A DNA stretch of 64,000 nt from Octopus sinensis (GCF_006345805.1 NC_042999.1:10602001-10666000); one strand, 5' to 3'. Positions 39,204 through 51,967 are shown, counted from the first letter of the stretch. Numbers and translations: made by a program. Notes: generated by a model from the sequence alone, not told the origin.

Positions 39204-41631
39204 CAATAACGATAATGATAATAATAATAATAATAATAATAACAATAAATATTTAGCTTTAACAGTTGAACAGACTATGAGTGAACTAAGCCTCCTAGTG
39301 TAATAAAGCTGTTAATCTATGTACAAATATGAAATAGTAATACAGTTTGGTTACTAAGGTGACTTAATCGGTGCTGGTGGAGAGATCAATGATTGTCTAA
39401 AGCCTAAATCATAATGCCAACACTCAATGTTCTCTTTGCTGACTGCAAATAAATATCTCTGGGGTTAGTATTACAAGTGCACTAGTGTTATATACAGCCA
39501 GAAGAAATTGGAACAAAATGAAGATAATCTGTTACAAATAAGATATAAACCAAATTCAGGTCATCTAAAAGACAATAAAAAAATCTGGAGATTAGAGGCA
39601 AGAAACATGTATATATAAAAGAAAAAACAGAGAAATTAGAAGGGAATGAACAAGTGTCTTCATTTGTTTGTGGCAAATGGTGGTGGTGGTGGGGGACGAT
39701 TATATATAGGTTGGAGGGAAGAAAATTGAGTATGGTATTTCAAATTAAGATTAATTTAATAATGGCTAATGAGATGGATAATTACAGAGATTGTCATGGT
39801 TTAGAAAAAGTTGCAAAATGTCACAAAACCAACTTGATGTTGGCCTTAGAGGGGCAATATGCTTGAAGTGGTTGGGTTCCAAACAGGAACGGTGAACCCC
39901 ATATGAAACAGAAATTAATTAGGGATAACTATTCCTAAATGAGTCCTAATTATAGAACTCATTTTCAAGTACAGAATATATCAATTATGAAAATGGTATA
40001 AGTTAGTTAAATTGATAGTAATTTCTATAAATTACATAAGAAAAAAACAAAACAATTGTTTCACAGAAGAACCATGTCTTTTCTACATTTATGAACTCAA
40101 TGGTTTAGAGTAAAAAAAAAAGAAAAAAGAAAACGGAAAGTAGAAATCTGTCTGGAAGTTGGTTTTAATGTTGTCATGCAGAATATTATGTTGAAGACTT
40201 TTATTTTTATTCTCATCCATACTTTAATAACTTGAAAGTTTTTGGCAAATTCTGACACATGCATATATGCTGAGATCATCTACTTCAGTATTTGGGGGGA
40301 AAAAACCTGTTTGCTGCCATAATACTGGTATAGGATAGTTAACTTGGCAACCTTCCTCAAAAAAAAATACAAAAACCAACAGAGGATGGTGCATTGGAGG
40401 TGAGAAAGAAGAATAAAAAAAATAACAATGAAAAAGAACCTAAAAAAATGTTCTGCTATTAATGATTGCAGTGTTAATTGTCATGCTTCTCTGATATTAG
40501 TCCAGAGTCAACAAAAGCTCTGACAGCCAGACTGGCCATCATTCATGACCAAATCATAAATATTCTATATTCCTGAACTACCAAACTGATTTAGTCAGCT
40601 GAGGTACTGAAGCTTTATAATTTATTAATGTCAACAAATAAAGCTTTTCATTTTAAATTACTTCTCAGCAATCAAACATTCCAGAACAGTTTAACATGTT
40701 GGTTTGTTCACAGACAAGTTTTCTCAAGGGACAATGGTTTCATTATTCATCATAGAACTTTCAGAGATAACTTATTAGGCAGGTTCAAACTTACAATAAG
40801 GATCAAACTTCTAATAATGGAAAGGGTCCTTCTAAGATCTTAATGTGCTCAAAAACCCTACAGGGAGTCAAATTAACTATGAATTACAGTCAAAACATTT
40901 GAAAGTTAAATTCAAACTCCTAAACACTATGCTCTCAAATTGCTTATTTTTAAGAGAGAAGAAGAAAAAAAAAAATGATTATTATTATGATGCTAAAACT
41001 GTTTTAATTTAATAGGATCAGAAATGATTTTATTGTCTCGGGTTACACATTCCACAAGAACATATCATACTCATTGAAAATCTGCAAGAATTCATGTATC
41101 ACTGCAATGCACTTCACAACTTCACATCCACATACAAACACACACACACACACACACGTGTAATACAATATGTAAAGAGAAAAAATATATTGAGTATCAA
41201 CAAATGACTCAATGCCTTAGTCAAAACCTAAACTCTAGACCCATTAGCTATATTATATCAGCCACTAAATTACGTATTGAGTTCCTGAAGTGAGCTATCC
41301 TGAATCAGGATGTTGTACCCAAAGCATTTTAGAGACAGGAAATAAAGAACCATCCTAGTACTTCTATTTGGATAATCATCACATCTGTTGCTGTCAAAAC
41401 ATTTGTTGGTGTCATTACATTTACTCATCAGGATGACAAACCATCAAGCAATGAAGACCGGCCACAAAAAAAGGAAAAGAAAAAGAAGGAAAATTCTACT
41501 TTTCTTTATTGTTTATCATCTTCCTTGTTTTATTATCTTGCAAGAAGAAGAAGAGGAGAAATTGTTTGCCCTGGTTAAGACTATGTAATAATAATTGTGT
41601 ATACCAAGGTGTAGTAGTAGTAGTAGTAGTA

Positions 41632-42066
41632 GTAAGAGTAAAGATCCCCTTCAGTCATGAAGGACCATGGGATTGCACCTAGAAAGTTCCCCTTTGAGGC
41701 ACAAGTCTGGACAAGTTGTTTTATTGAAGGCCAGCAGTTGCCCATGCATAGCAGACTCCCCTCTCCATGCCACCGATGTTATCCAAGGGAAAGGCAAAGG
41801 GGCCGATACAGCTTGGAACCAGTGATGTTGCAACTCATTTCTACAGCTGAGTGAACTGGAGCAATGTGATATAAAGTGTCTTGCTCAAGGACACAACACA
41901 CAGCCTGGCCTGGGAATTGAACTCACTAGCCTCATGAGAGGGGAGGCTGGTATGCATGGGTCATCGCTAGTCTGCATTAAACAACCTTGCCTGGACTTGT
42001 GCTTCGGAGGGTAACTTTCTAGGTGTAATTCCATAGTCATTCATGACCAAAGGGGGTCTTTTACCC
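41632..42066. mobile_element. SINE family D: minus-strand copy (41632-41930) abutting an inverted plus-strand 3' fragment (41934-42066)
   Basis: Minus copy has a B-box remnant and core gtgtccttgagcaagacac. 41934-42066 aligns with the reverse complement of 41640-41770. Confidence 0.8.
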
Positions 42067-42091
42067 TAGTAGCAATAATGATAATAATAAT

Positions 42092-42533
42092 CCTTTCTAC
42101 TAAAGGCACAAGGCTTAGAATTTGGGGGGAGGGGGGGGGGCTAGTTGATTACATCGACCCCAGTATTTGACTGGTACTTATTTTATCAACCCCCGAAAGG
42201 ATGACAGGCAAAGTCAACCTTGGCAGAATTTGAACTCAGAATGTGAAGACAGATGAAATACTGCTAACGATTTTGCCAGCTCACCACCTTAATAATAATA
42301 ATAATAATAATAATAATCACACTTTCTACTAAAAGCACAAGGCCTGAAAATTTGTGAGAGGAAACTAGTCAATGACATTGACCTCCAGTGTTTCACTGGT
42401 ACTTAATTTATTGACCCCAAAAGCATGAAAGGCAAAGGTGACCCCAATGGAATTTGAACTCAGAATGTAAAGATGGACAAAATACCCTAAGCATTTTGCG
42501 TAGTGTGCTAATGACTCTGCCAGCTTGCAGCCT
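42092..42533 (-). mobile_element. Two tandem family B SINEs separated by (AAT)n
   Basis: Copies at 42092-42291 and 42318-42533. Confidence 0.82.
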
Positions 42534-42999
42534 TATTATTAACAACAACAACAATAGTAGTGTAATTATAATATTAGATAATAGGAGATAACAAGCAGAC
42601 CAAGGAGAAGGCAAGGGGATGCGGCTCACAAGAAATATGAAGGAATGGTTAAGAAAGGAATAAACAAAAGGGAAATGTAATGAGACTAAATACTTAGGAG
42701 AGCAGGGGGAAAAATAGATAAATATTTTACTGTAAATGACAGGAGGGAAGGAGAGGGAGGGAGAGAGAAAAACTTCCAGTTTGTTCCATAGAGTTTCTTT
42801 TACCTTAAGGATTCAACAATTGTTTTGTATAAAGTCTGGAGAATTGCAAACATTTGCAGAACATAAATGAAGTGAGTTCTATAAGTCTTAGGTCATTTCT
42901 TATGAAGCATACAAATAAGGACCAATTTGAAGGTGGGGTCCTGAAATGAGTGAGGTGAATACCAGCTGTCTTTAAGCTATAATCCTTGAAGGGCTGGAG

Positions 43000-43215
43000 T
43001 CATCATCATCATCATCATTTAACGTCCGTTTTCCGCGCTAGCACGGGTTGGATGGTTCAACCGGGGTCTGGGAAGCCAGGGGCAGCACCAGGCTCCAGTC
43101 TGATCTGGCAGTGTTTCTACAGCTGGATGCCCTTCCTAACACCAACCACTCAGCGAGTGTAGTGGGTGCTTTTTATGTGCCACCGGCACAGAAGCCAGTC
43201 GAGGCGGCGCTGGCA
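43000..43215 (-). mobile_element. RTE 3'-tail fragment
   Basis: Tail consensus, reverse complemented. Confidence 0.85.
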
Positions 43216-43721
43216 TTTGAGGCGGAAACAAATAAACTGTCATAAATATTTCACTGTTTATAACAGTGAGATATACTTCGCAGATAGGATGGTAGAGCAA
43301 AAGACAAGCAAGGGTTCAGTGTTGGGCTAAAGGCACACAGCTCTAAAGACAGGTTATAAAATGTTGATTTGCTGTGTCACAGAAAACTATAAAAGGTTTC
43401 TTATTGTTCTTAAAAAGATCAATGGGGTAACATCAAAAACTGTCCTTATGAAGCACGTCAATGCAAAAGTGAAGCAAAGGAAGCCAGTCTTATTAACCTA
43501 CATGACTTGGGCCAGAAACTGCCAGTATGCCAAATAGAAGAACTGAAATGGTAGATTCTGGAAAGAAAACAACCTGTATTGCAAACTCACTTTGCTACTT
43601 TACAGAATTCAATCTCTACAAAATCTTAATCAAAGACTCATTGTAGAGCCACAATAGATTTACTGCCAGAGTCAACTCAGTGAATGTCAAAACTAACAAA
43701 CATTAAAGCAACAATTATTAT

Positions 43722-44620
43722 TCAGTCGCATTTTTATGTTTTGTGGTGCCCTTCCACTGAGTCCCTTGTGTATGCGCAGGGTTTTAGTTTGACTTTGTTA
43801 GTTTTACTCTTGCCAAAGTACCCAATGTAGTGTGTGGTGCAGTGCTTACCCTATGCTATTTCCTGTATGTCTTGCATATCTTTAAGTCCTGGGGGTTTCC
43901 TTCATGTATTTCTCTGTTGTTTTTAAACCATTTCCAAAGCATCTTTTATAGAAATTGCTTTTGTTTCCAGGTCCCACATTTTAGTTTATCTCTAATCCCA
44001 GATCTTCGTGATTTCCCCATTTCTTTAAGCTCTGGATTATCATCTGTTGGGACTGATATATCAATTACTAGAAATTTCTTTTCCTGGTGATCGTTAACAA
44101 CAATGTTCAGTCAATTAACCTTGATCTCCTTGTCTATGTGTATTGGCATATCCCAGAGTATGGTTGTGCTTTGCCATTCTTGGAGACCTTTTTCAGTATA
44201 CATCTACACAACCATTTTTCTGTTGGTGTTTTATAATGATTTTATAACCTCCAGTGTTTAGAAGTTCCGTACTTGTTGATGGCTTCTTACTTGGCAAAGA
44301 CTGGCAAATCAGAGAAGATGCAGTTAATTGTTTCATCGCCATCTCCACGTATTCTGCAGTTTATACGAGTATATTCTATATTTTTCATACCATGCCATAT
44401 TGAGTGAACCTGGGGTGTTGGCTATGACCCCACAGTACAGAACCGTGTAATTACATATGTTTCTTTTTCCTGTGCATCCAACTGCTTGTATGTATCCATA
44501 CACGGCTCTGCGGGATTTCTGCTAATTTCTAAAGACCTGTTCTTTATTTCAGTTTATTTGTTGTTTTCTTTTTAATTACCCCCCCACCCCTGATGAAAAT
44601 CCCCTTTCTATGGATGTGGG
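43722..44620 (-). mobile_element. Older, degenerate R4/Dong-type copy
   Basis: Shares ggcatatcccagagtatggttg and other stretches with 45487-46380. Similar 3' end (..ctgaataataat). Many stops and frameshifts. Confidence 0.8.
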
Positions 44621-45074
44621 TTCTTACACTGAGAGCTGTATTTTGCTGTTAGCTAATAGAAGGGTACCCTGTTAAGAAGATCATTGGGAAGGGTGTCCTA
44701 TTAACATGTGTATTCTGCAAGAAATCCAGTGACTTTTTATCCTCATTCACAGAACTTTTTTTCCCAATTGATCCAACTGTGGTACCAATGCCTCACATTC
44801 TAACCAATTCTAACAGTAAGACTTTTAATCATTTCAGGAGTATTTCTTCATGTCGTACATCCTATCAATCGTACATTTTATGCTTAGACTCTGCTGATTA
44901 GCCAAAATCTGACCAGTGAGTGAGCACTGCTAAGTTTCAGGATTATTGTTTCAGGTATTTCCCCAGTCATTTTATAATAGTTGAGAAACCTTTGTCAAAG
45001 ATACCAGGCCTATACTGTTTTTTTCTAATTATGTGCAAGAATCATTACAATATCACAAAATACATTTTATGATA

Positions 45075-45445
45075 TTTCTTCTGGCTCTCCACATTCTGAG
45101 TTCAAATTCTGCTGAGGCCGACTTTGCCTTCCATTCTTAATGGGGTTGATAAAATAAGAACCAGTTAAGCACTAGGGGTGATGTAATCAATTCACAACCT
45201 CCCACAAAATTTCAGGCCTTGTGCTCTTAGTATAAAGGATTATTATTATTGTTGTTGTTATTTCATTGTGCAGTATGGCTATAAAATCGTTGAATTTTAT
45301 CTTCTGCTGAAAGGCAAATTGTTCCAATGAAACTGACTTTGCCTTTCATCCTTTTAGGATCAATAAAATAAGTACCAGTTGAGAAGTGGGGGTCAGTGTA
45401 ATTGACTAACCCAGCCCCAAAATTTCAAGCCTTGTGACTATTGTA
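45075..45445 (+). mobile_element. Two family B SINE pieces with (ATT)n tails
   Basis: Copies at 45075-45240 and 45315-45445. Confidence 0.8.
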
Positions 45446-45486
45446 GAAAATTTATTATCATTATTATTGTTATTATTATTATTATT

Positions 45487-46378
45487 CAGTAGTTTTATTT
45501 TTATAACATGTTTTCACTTCACTACCGAGCACAGCTCTGTGTGCCTTGGGTATGTGCTGTGATGCTCTGATGGTTACTGTATTGAAAGTGTTTTGCGTAG
45601 GATGTCTGCAGTGCCTAGTAGTGCAATTTTCTGTATGTTATATGTGTTTGTAAGTCCTGGTGTTTTTGTTATGTATTTGTCTGAATATTTTTTTATCATG
45701 CCTAATGTACCTACTATGATAGGAATTGTTTCTGTTTTCAGATTCCACATTCTAGTTACCTCTATTTCCAGGTCTTTGTATTTTGAGAGTTTCTCCATTT
45801 CTTTTAGAGACACGTTGTCATCTGCCGGTATTGATACATCAATTAGAAAGCATTTTTTTTCTTCATGGTTTCTGACAACTATATCTGGTCTGTTGGCCTT
45901 AATTTCTCTGTCTGTGTGTATCGGCATATCCCAGAGTATGGTTGCTTTCTCGTTTTCTGTGACCTTTTCTGGTGTGTGCCTATACCATCTTTTTTCTGTT
46001 GTTATTCCATAATGTTGGCATAGCTTCCAATGTATGTAGGTTCCAACTCTGTCATGTCTGTGAATATATTCCTTCTTAGCCAGGACTGGGCAGTCAGAGA
46101 TAATATGATTTATTGTTTCTTGTCCATCTCCACATATTCTGCAGTTACTTGTAATATTTCTTTTCATTACATGTTTTTGGTAATTTCTGGTGGAGAGGCT
46201 TTAGTCTTGTGCTGCAATTAAAAATCCCTCTGTCTCTGCCTTGAGTCCTGAGCTTCTCAACCATTGCTGGGACTTTTCTTTGTCTATTTCTTTTGCATTT
46301 AGTTTAGTCCAGTATTTGCCATGAAGGGGCTTTTCTTGCCATTGTTTTATCACGGTCGGTTGCTGTTCTAGTTTTTTA

Positions 46379-46380
<2 letters not shown>
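45487..46380 (-). mobile_element. 5'-truncated R4/Dong-type non-LTR retrotransposon (CCHC knuckle plus restriction-like endonuclease)
   Basis: KQWQEKPLHGKY...AETEGFLIAAQD*SLSTRNY...CRICG..ETINHIISDC...RPDIVV...LIDVSIP...K..KY...KIALLGTADILRKTL. One frame with a single premature TAA at about 46201. Flanked on both sides by (AAT)n. Confidence 0.92.
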
Positions 46381-46416
<36 letters not shown>

Positions 46417-46418
<2 letters not shown>

Positions 46419-46600
46419 TTGTACAATATGGCTGTGAAATAGTTGTTGTGTTTTATCTTCTGCAGATCAAGTGTCAAGCCTTAACAAAAGGTCTTAGACA
46501 GAAAGTACCATTTTTAAGATTATGAGCTGTTCCAAAGAGAGCAGCTTTCCAGAGCATTTGGATGTCTGCTTTTGCTGGCTGACTGTTCCATGTGATATTA
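46417..46600 (-). mobile_element. Short 3'-end fragment of a second R4/Dong subfamily
   Basis: Encodes LWKAALFGTAHNLK, homologous to the element C-terminus, then a 3' UTR and (AAT)n. The same UTR end recurs at 45262-45310. Confidence 0.65.
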
Positions 46601-46607
46601 TTGCTCC

Positions 46608-46644
<37 letters not shown>

Positions 46645-46769
46645 GTAAAAATAATAATTATTATTATTCATCATTATTATTAATTATTATTATTATTATT
46701 ATTATTATTATAATTAAAAAAATGTACAACTCAACATAGGCTAGTGGTTAGTGACCTCAGACTTAGGGC

Positions 46770-49006
46770 CAGACAATATGGAAAAAGAGGTAGTGGAAGC
46801 TCAAAGATCCTTCAAATGGGCAGAGGTTTAGAGATGTTCTTAATGAAGCCTTTGATGAGAAGGAGGAAGAGATAGAGACAGATGTAGAAGTCAACTGGAT
46901 GCTCTTATAGGACTATCTACTGAGAGAGACAGTCCAAATCCGTGGCTGGAACAAAGCCTCCGCCAGACCAAGGGTGACATGGTGGTGGAACAGTGACATA
47001 GACAGGGCCATAAAAGTGAAGGGATGGGTGTGGAAGGAATGGAAAAGATAGGACAGCAAAGAATCATATCAAAAGCCTAAGAGAGAAGCTAGATGTCAGC
47101 TTTACTAAACTAGGGCAGAAGCAGAAAGGAAAAGGTTTGCCAATATCCTACAGCACGAAGATCATGGATTTGGAGGGTTCCAGATTGCTAGGCAGTATGT
47201 CAGAGAGAATCATGATAGTGTGGGAGAGAAGTGCGTATGGATGGATGATGGTATGTTTGCACTTAGTGATTCAGACAAGAAAGGGACATGGAAGAGTTAT
47301 TAAGCAAGGCTATTGAATGTAGAGAATGAATGGGATAAAGGGAGTCTTCCTAATGTGAACCCAACAGAGGGACCAGCTATCCTAATGGACAGCAGTATTA
47401 AAGATATGAAAACAGGGAAAGCACCTGGTCCATCTGGGGTCGCTGTTGAGATGTTCAAAATATCTGGTTGGGGCTGGGGTTATTCAATTACACTGACCCC
47501 CCAGTTTTCAACTGGTACTTATTTTATTGATCCTAAAAGGATAAAAGGCAAAGTCAATTTCATTGGAACCATATCTAGTCACCTGCATGGTTAATCAGAT
47601 TATTTAGGAAGGCATAATACCCAATGACTGGTGCAGCAGCATTATTGTTAGCTGCTACAATGGAAAGGGAGATGCCTTGGACAGAAGCAATTATAGAGGT
47701 ATCAAACTCCTGGGCCAGGTGAAGAAAATTACAGAGAGAGTTATAGCCCAATCAATTAGAAGCAGAATTAGGCGAGACGAAATACAGTTTGGTTTCGCTC
47801 CAGGGAGAAGCACTGTGGATGCTTTTTTCATGGTCAGGTAACTGCAAGAGGAATACTTAGCAAGAATAAACCTTTAGATTTGGCATTTGTTGATCTAGAG
47901 CAGTGGTTCTCAACTGGGGTCCATATAAGATTTTGGGGGTCCATGTAACAAAATAGTAAATTGAAGATCCACAATAGTATTTTAAGAGACCCTAAAAAAA
48001 TGTTGCTTTAGATGTATTGGTTATGTATTGCAAGAAACAGCCAGGTTTCTTTCTCTGACATTTTACATAATTCATCCTACACAAGTTAATGTGGGGAAAA
48101 CAAAACAGGAATTTTGAAAGAAACTTCTAGAAAACTAGTTTTTAAATAGTGAATAGCAATAGGGGTTCATTAGAATAAAATATTAATTAAAGAGGTCCAG
48201 AGATAAAAAAATGGTTGAGAACCCCTGATCTAGAGAAAGTCTTTTACAGAGTAGCCTGCTGTGTAATATGATGGGCTCTGAGGAGGCTATGGGCAGACAA
48301 GTGGCTTGTGAAAGCTGTACAGGCCATGTAGAGGAAAGTTGCCAGTAAGATGAGAGTTAACCCCAAGTAGAGTGAAGAATGTGGTGTACAGGGAGGTGTT
48401 CAGCAAAGCTCAATCCTCAGTCCCCTACTTTTCATTATTATATTCCAGGCCATAACAGAGGGATTCACGACTGACAGACCCTGGCAGCTACTAGATGCTG
48501 ATGATCTTACCCTCATAGCAGATTCGATATCAGAGCTAGAATAGAAATTCCAGGTGTGGAAGCAAAACCCAGAATCTAAGGGTCTTAAGGTTAACTTAGC
48601 AAAGACTATGGTCTTAGTAAGTAAGAAAACAGACAGGACCCTACTACCTTCAGGTAAGTGGCCCTGCTCAATTCATAGGAAAGGTGTAGGCAGGAACTCC
48701 ATATGGTGTACCCAGCGTAAGCTATGGAAACACAATATGCATAGTGGAATAATAGGAAGGTTATCAGAGGAAGTAGCGTATGGGGAACATGCAGAGGATC
48801 CATAAAAACTACAGATACTCGTGTGGTGCCACATTAAAAGCACCCTGCACACGCTGTAAAGTGGTTGGTGTTAGGAAGGGCATCCAGCCATAGAAACCAA
48901 ACCAAATTAGACAATTGTAACCTGGGACAACTCTCTGGTTTGCCAGATTTGGTTAAACCACCCAACCCATGCCAGTATGGAAAAACATGCTAAAGGATGA
49001 TGATGC
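46770..49006 (+). mobile_element. Degenerate RTE-clade LINE (RT region plus 3' tail) with nested insertions
   Basis: TWWWN, MKTGKAPGPSG, QFGFAPGRST, FVDLEK, GVQQSSILSPLLF and ADDL motifs; ends in the RTE tail with (GAT)n. Interrupted by a SINE fragment (about 47465-47570) and a hAT MITE (47901-48227). Confidence 0.9.
47901..48227. mobile_element. hAT (Charlie-type) MITE, 327 bp
   Basis: TIRs CAGTGGTTCTCAAC / GTTGAGAACCCCTG. Perfect 8-bp TSD ATCTAGAG at 47893-47900 and 48228-48235. Confidence 0.95.
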
Positions 49007-49030
49007 TAATTATTATTATTATTATTATTG

Positions 49031-49576
49031 AGTGAGAGAGCAGTGCATGCCATCAAAGTGACACTGAGATAAAATATACGAAGCCCAGTATACCCATCAT
49101 GACTACCCGTCTGATAAGGGTACATTAGGCACATGCATCACAACCATATGTTCACGACATGGTGATCTCATATCAAGATAAACAGCGCATGACCTTGCAG
49201 GTGGGGCCCAGTTAGAGTTTTCTTCTAGTCGAGTAACCCATCCTGCTCAAAAGGTCCCTGAATAAGGTTTGCTTAAGGATGTTGAACGAAACACCCATGT
49301 TTCCAGAAGTGAATTATTCAAACCTCCAAAGAATTCCTCTCAACACATGGCTCCCCCACTACTTCTGCTCGTGATCAGAGATGCACATATTATCAGCCAC
49401 TAAGGGACATGGTCCACTGGTTAAGGTCAAACAACTGACAAGCAAATCTGTGGTATTGAACAGAATATTTGCTGTAGCCCATCTTTTACACCAAGGCAAA
49501 ACAATGTACATGATAACACTTCCAATCAGTTAAGATCAGAAGCCATGAGAGCCACTGCCTGGTACTGCATCAGGGC
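49031..49576. repeat. Unclassified interspersed repeat bounded by trinucleotide arrays
   Basis: GC-richer non-coding block between (TAT)n and (GTT/GCT/ACT)n. Recalled as a recurrent octopus repeat; no second copy in this window. Confidence 0.45.
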
Positions 49577-49949
49577 AGTTGTTGTTGTTGTTGTTGCTGC
49601 TGCTGCTGCTACTACTACTACTACTATTATAACCATTATTAAGCTATTGCAATACTTCTATATTCATGCTAAGTAAATGTAGTTCAGGGAGGGAAATATC
49701 CAGCAACTGACTTTATATATAAATACAAAAGTTAAGTCGTAATATGTAAACAGCTCATTAAAAGATGAGACAAGGAAATATAGCCGAATATGATATAATG
49801 GAGAGCGAGGAAAGAGAGAGGCAGATATTGCAATATGTTACTAATGGAATGGAAATACTAAAGTAAATAAAAACACTGTCAATATGACACTAAATATAGG
49901 TTTTGACATTTTGTTGACTTTGTAGCACTAAATAAATTATATTCACAGA

Positions 49950-49998
<49 letters not shown>

Positions 49999-50262
49999 TG
50001 GGTGTGTGCGTGCAGCAGCACAGACTTAATTACTCAAGGAAGTTTATTCAAAATTAACAGATTAATTTTATGAAGAAAAGGAGAGAAACAAAATGAACTT
50101 GTACAGGGTCTGAGACTTAGATAAGAAAAACACCAAACTAGGAACCATAAAAGTACCTAACCCAGGATGAGTGTTGTTTGGGTGGCATTTGGCATAGGAA
50201 GCAGCAAGTGGACTAGATACATTTCATCATTATCATAGAGTTACACACATTATTACATCATG

Positions 50263-50264
50263 TG

Positions 50265-50344
<80 letters not shown>

Positions 50345-50350
50345 TATACA
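50263..50350. repeat. Compound (CA)n(TA)n(CA)n microsatellite (one of many di- and trinucleotide arrays in the window)
   Basis: Directly visible; abuts the left TIR of the maT element. Confidence 0.95.
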
Positions 50351-51964
50351 CAGGGTGCAATGGGTAAATTGTTGCCATTTTATATTTTTAATTTTGTGTA
50401 TGCACATTGTTAATTTTTGATTTTGTCAACTACACAGTATAGTAGGGTCAGTTGGACACTGTCAGTAAGAAAAACAGCACCATGACACAATTCACTCTGC
50501 CAGAAATTTGGAAATGACATCATGCTGTAGTGCTTGGCATTCATGCCAGAAGCTCCATTACGAATATTTCAGAGTGTTTGGGTATCAATCTGAGGACAGT
50601 GCAGAAGATTCAGAAAGAGTTTGGTGAGTCTAATGGGGATTAGGAAGGATTGGCAGCTTGGAAAGCTCACTCTGAAAAGAAAAGAACTCCTGAATTTGTT
50701 GGTGAGATCCAGGCCATGATTGACATTGATCCCTCCAAGTCAATCAGGTCCATCACCAGGGACAGGGAAGTGTCTGAGTTTCTTATCAGGCAGGTAATGC
50801 ATGAAGACATTTCTTATTCCTCATACAAGATGAGAAAAGGCCAATTTTTTCCCAAGTCGTCAAGGACAAGAGGAAAAACTGCACTATGAAGCTTTTGAAC
50901 AAACTCAACCATCCCCTCCAACTGAACATGCTTTGGTTCCTCTCAAATGAGAAAAAATTCTGCCAGGATCAGATGGTGAACACACAGAACAACCATTGGC
51001 TTGCCATGTCCCAAAAACATGTACCAAGGGTGATAAAAATCAAACATCCAGTCAACATCATGGTGTTTGGAATGATCACTAGTGATGGTGATGTTATGCC
51101 TCCATTCATCTTCCCACATGGCCTCAGATTCAACATGGAGGCCTACATCAAGTGCCTTGAGAAAGTAATGCTACCCTGAGTGAAGAGGGTGGCTGCTAGA
51201 AGACAGTCTGGCAACAGGACTCTGCACCATGTCACACATGCAGGAGAAACCAGTCATGGCTGTCAGACAATTTCTGCGACCACATCACCTCTAACATCTG
51301 GTCACCTAACTCCCCAGACTGCAACCCCCTTGATTATTATGTGTAGGGCATAGTTGAGACAGCAACAAAACTCCTTGTAACACCAAAGATGAACTGAAGA
51401 CAAGGCTTATGGCACCATCCAGAAGAGTTGCAGGAGATTCCAAAGTTGTCTGGAGATCATGGTTGAAGCCAGTGGCGATTTTATTGAATAAATTTACTGT
51501 TTAGTATTTCAAAATATTCTTTTTTATTTGGTTCAGTCATTTTATTGTGGCCACCTGGGGCACGATCTTTAGTCGAACACATCAACCCCAGGACTTATTC
51601 TTTGTGAGCCTAGTACTTATTCGATTGGTCTCTTTTGCCGAACTGCTAGATTATGGGAATGTAAACACACCAACATTGGCTGTCAAACAATGCTGGGGGG
51701 ACAAACATATACAATGGGCTTCTTTCAGTTTCCATTACTAAATACACTCACAAGGCTTTGGTCAGCCCGAGGCTATAGCAGAAGATAGTTTCCGAAGGTG
51801 CCACGCAGTGGGACTGAATTGGAACCATGTGGTTGATAAGCAAGCTACTTACCACACAGCCATTCCTACGCCTGTAATTTTGGTAAATATATCTGTTAAA
51901 ATGAGATATCAGTGTTGTTTTCATTTTTGCATAACTTAGATGACAATGTATTCACTGCACCCTG
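50351..51964 (+). mobile_element. Defective Tc1/mariner element of the DD37D (maT) group
   Basis: Imperfect TIRs CAGGGTGCAATGGGTAAATTG / CAATGTATTCACTGCACCCTG, right flank TA. Transposase pieces WFLSNEK, QQDSAPCH and WSPNSPDCNPLDYY with 37 residues between the last two Asp. Stops and frameshifts present. SINE inserted at 51519-51873. Confidence 0.9.
51519..51873 (-). mobile_element. Older family A SINE nested in the maT element
   Basis: Same layout, more diverged. Confidence 0.88.
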
Positions 51965-51967
51965 TAT

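Noticed and set aside
45593-46012. 139-aa plus-strand ORF
   Set aside because: Antisense shadow of the R4/Dong ORF.
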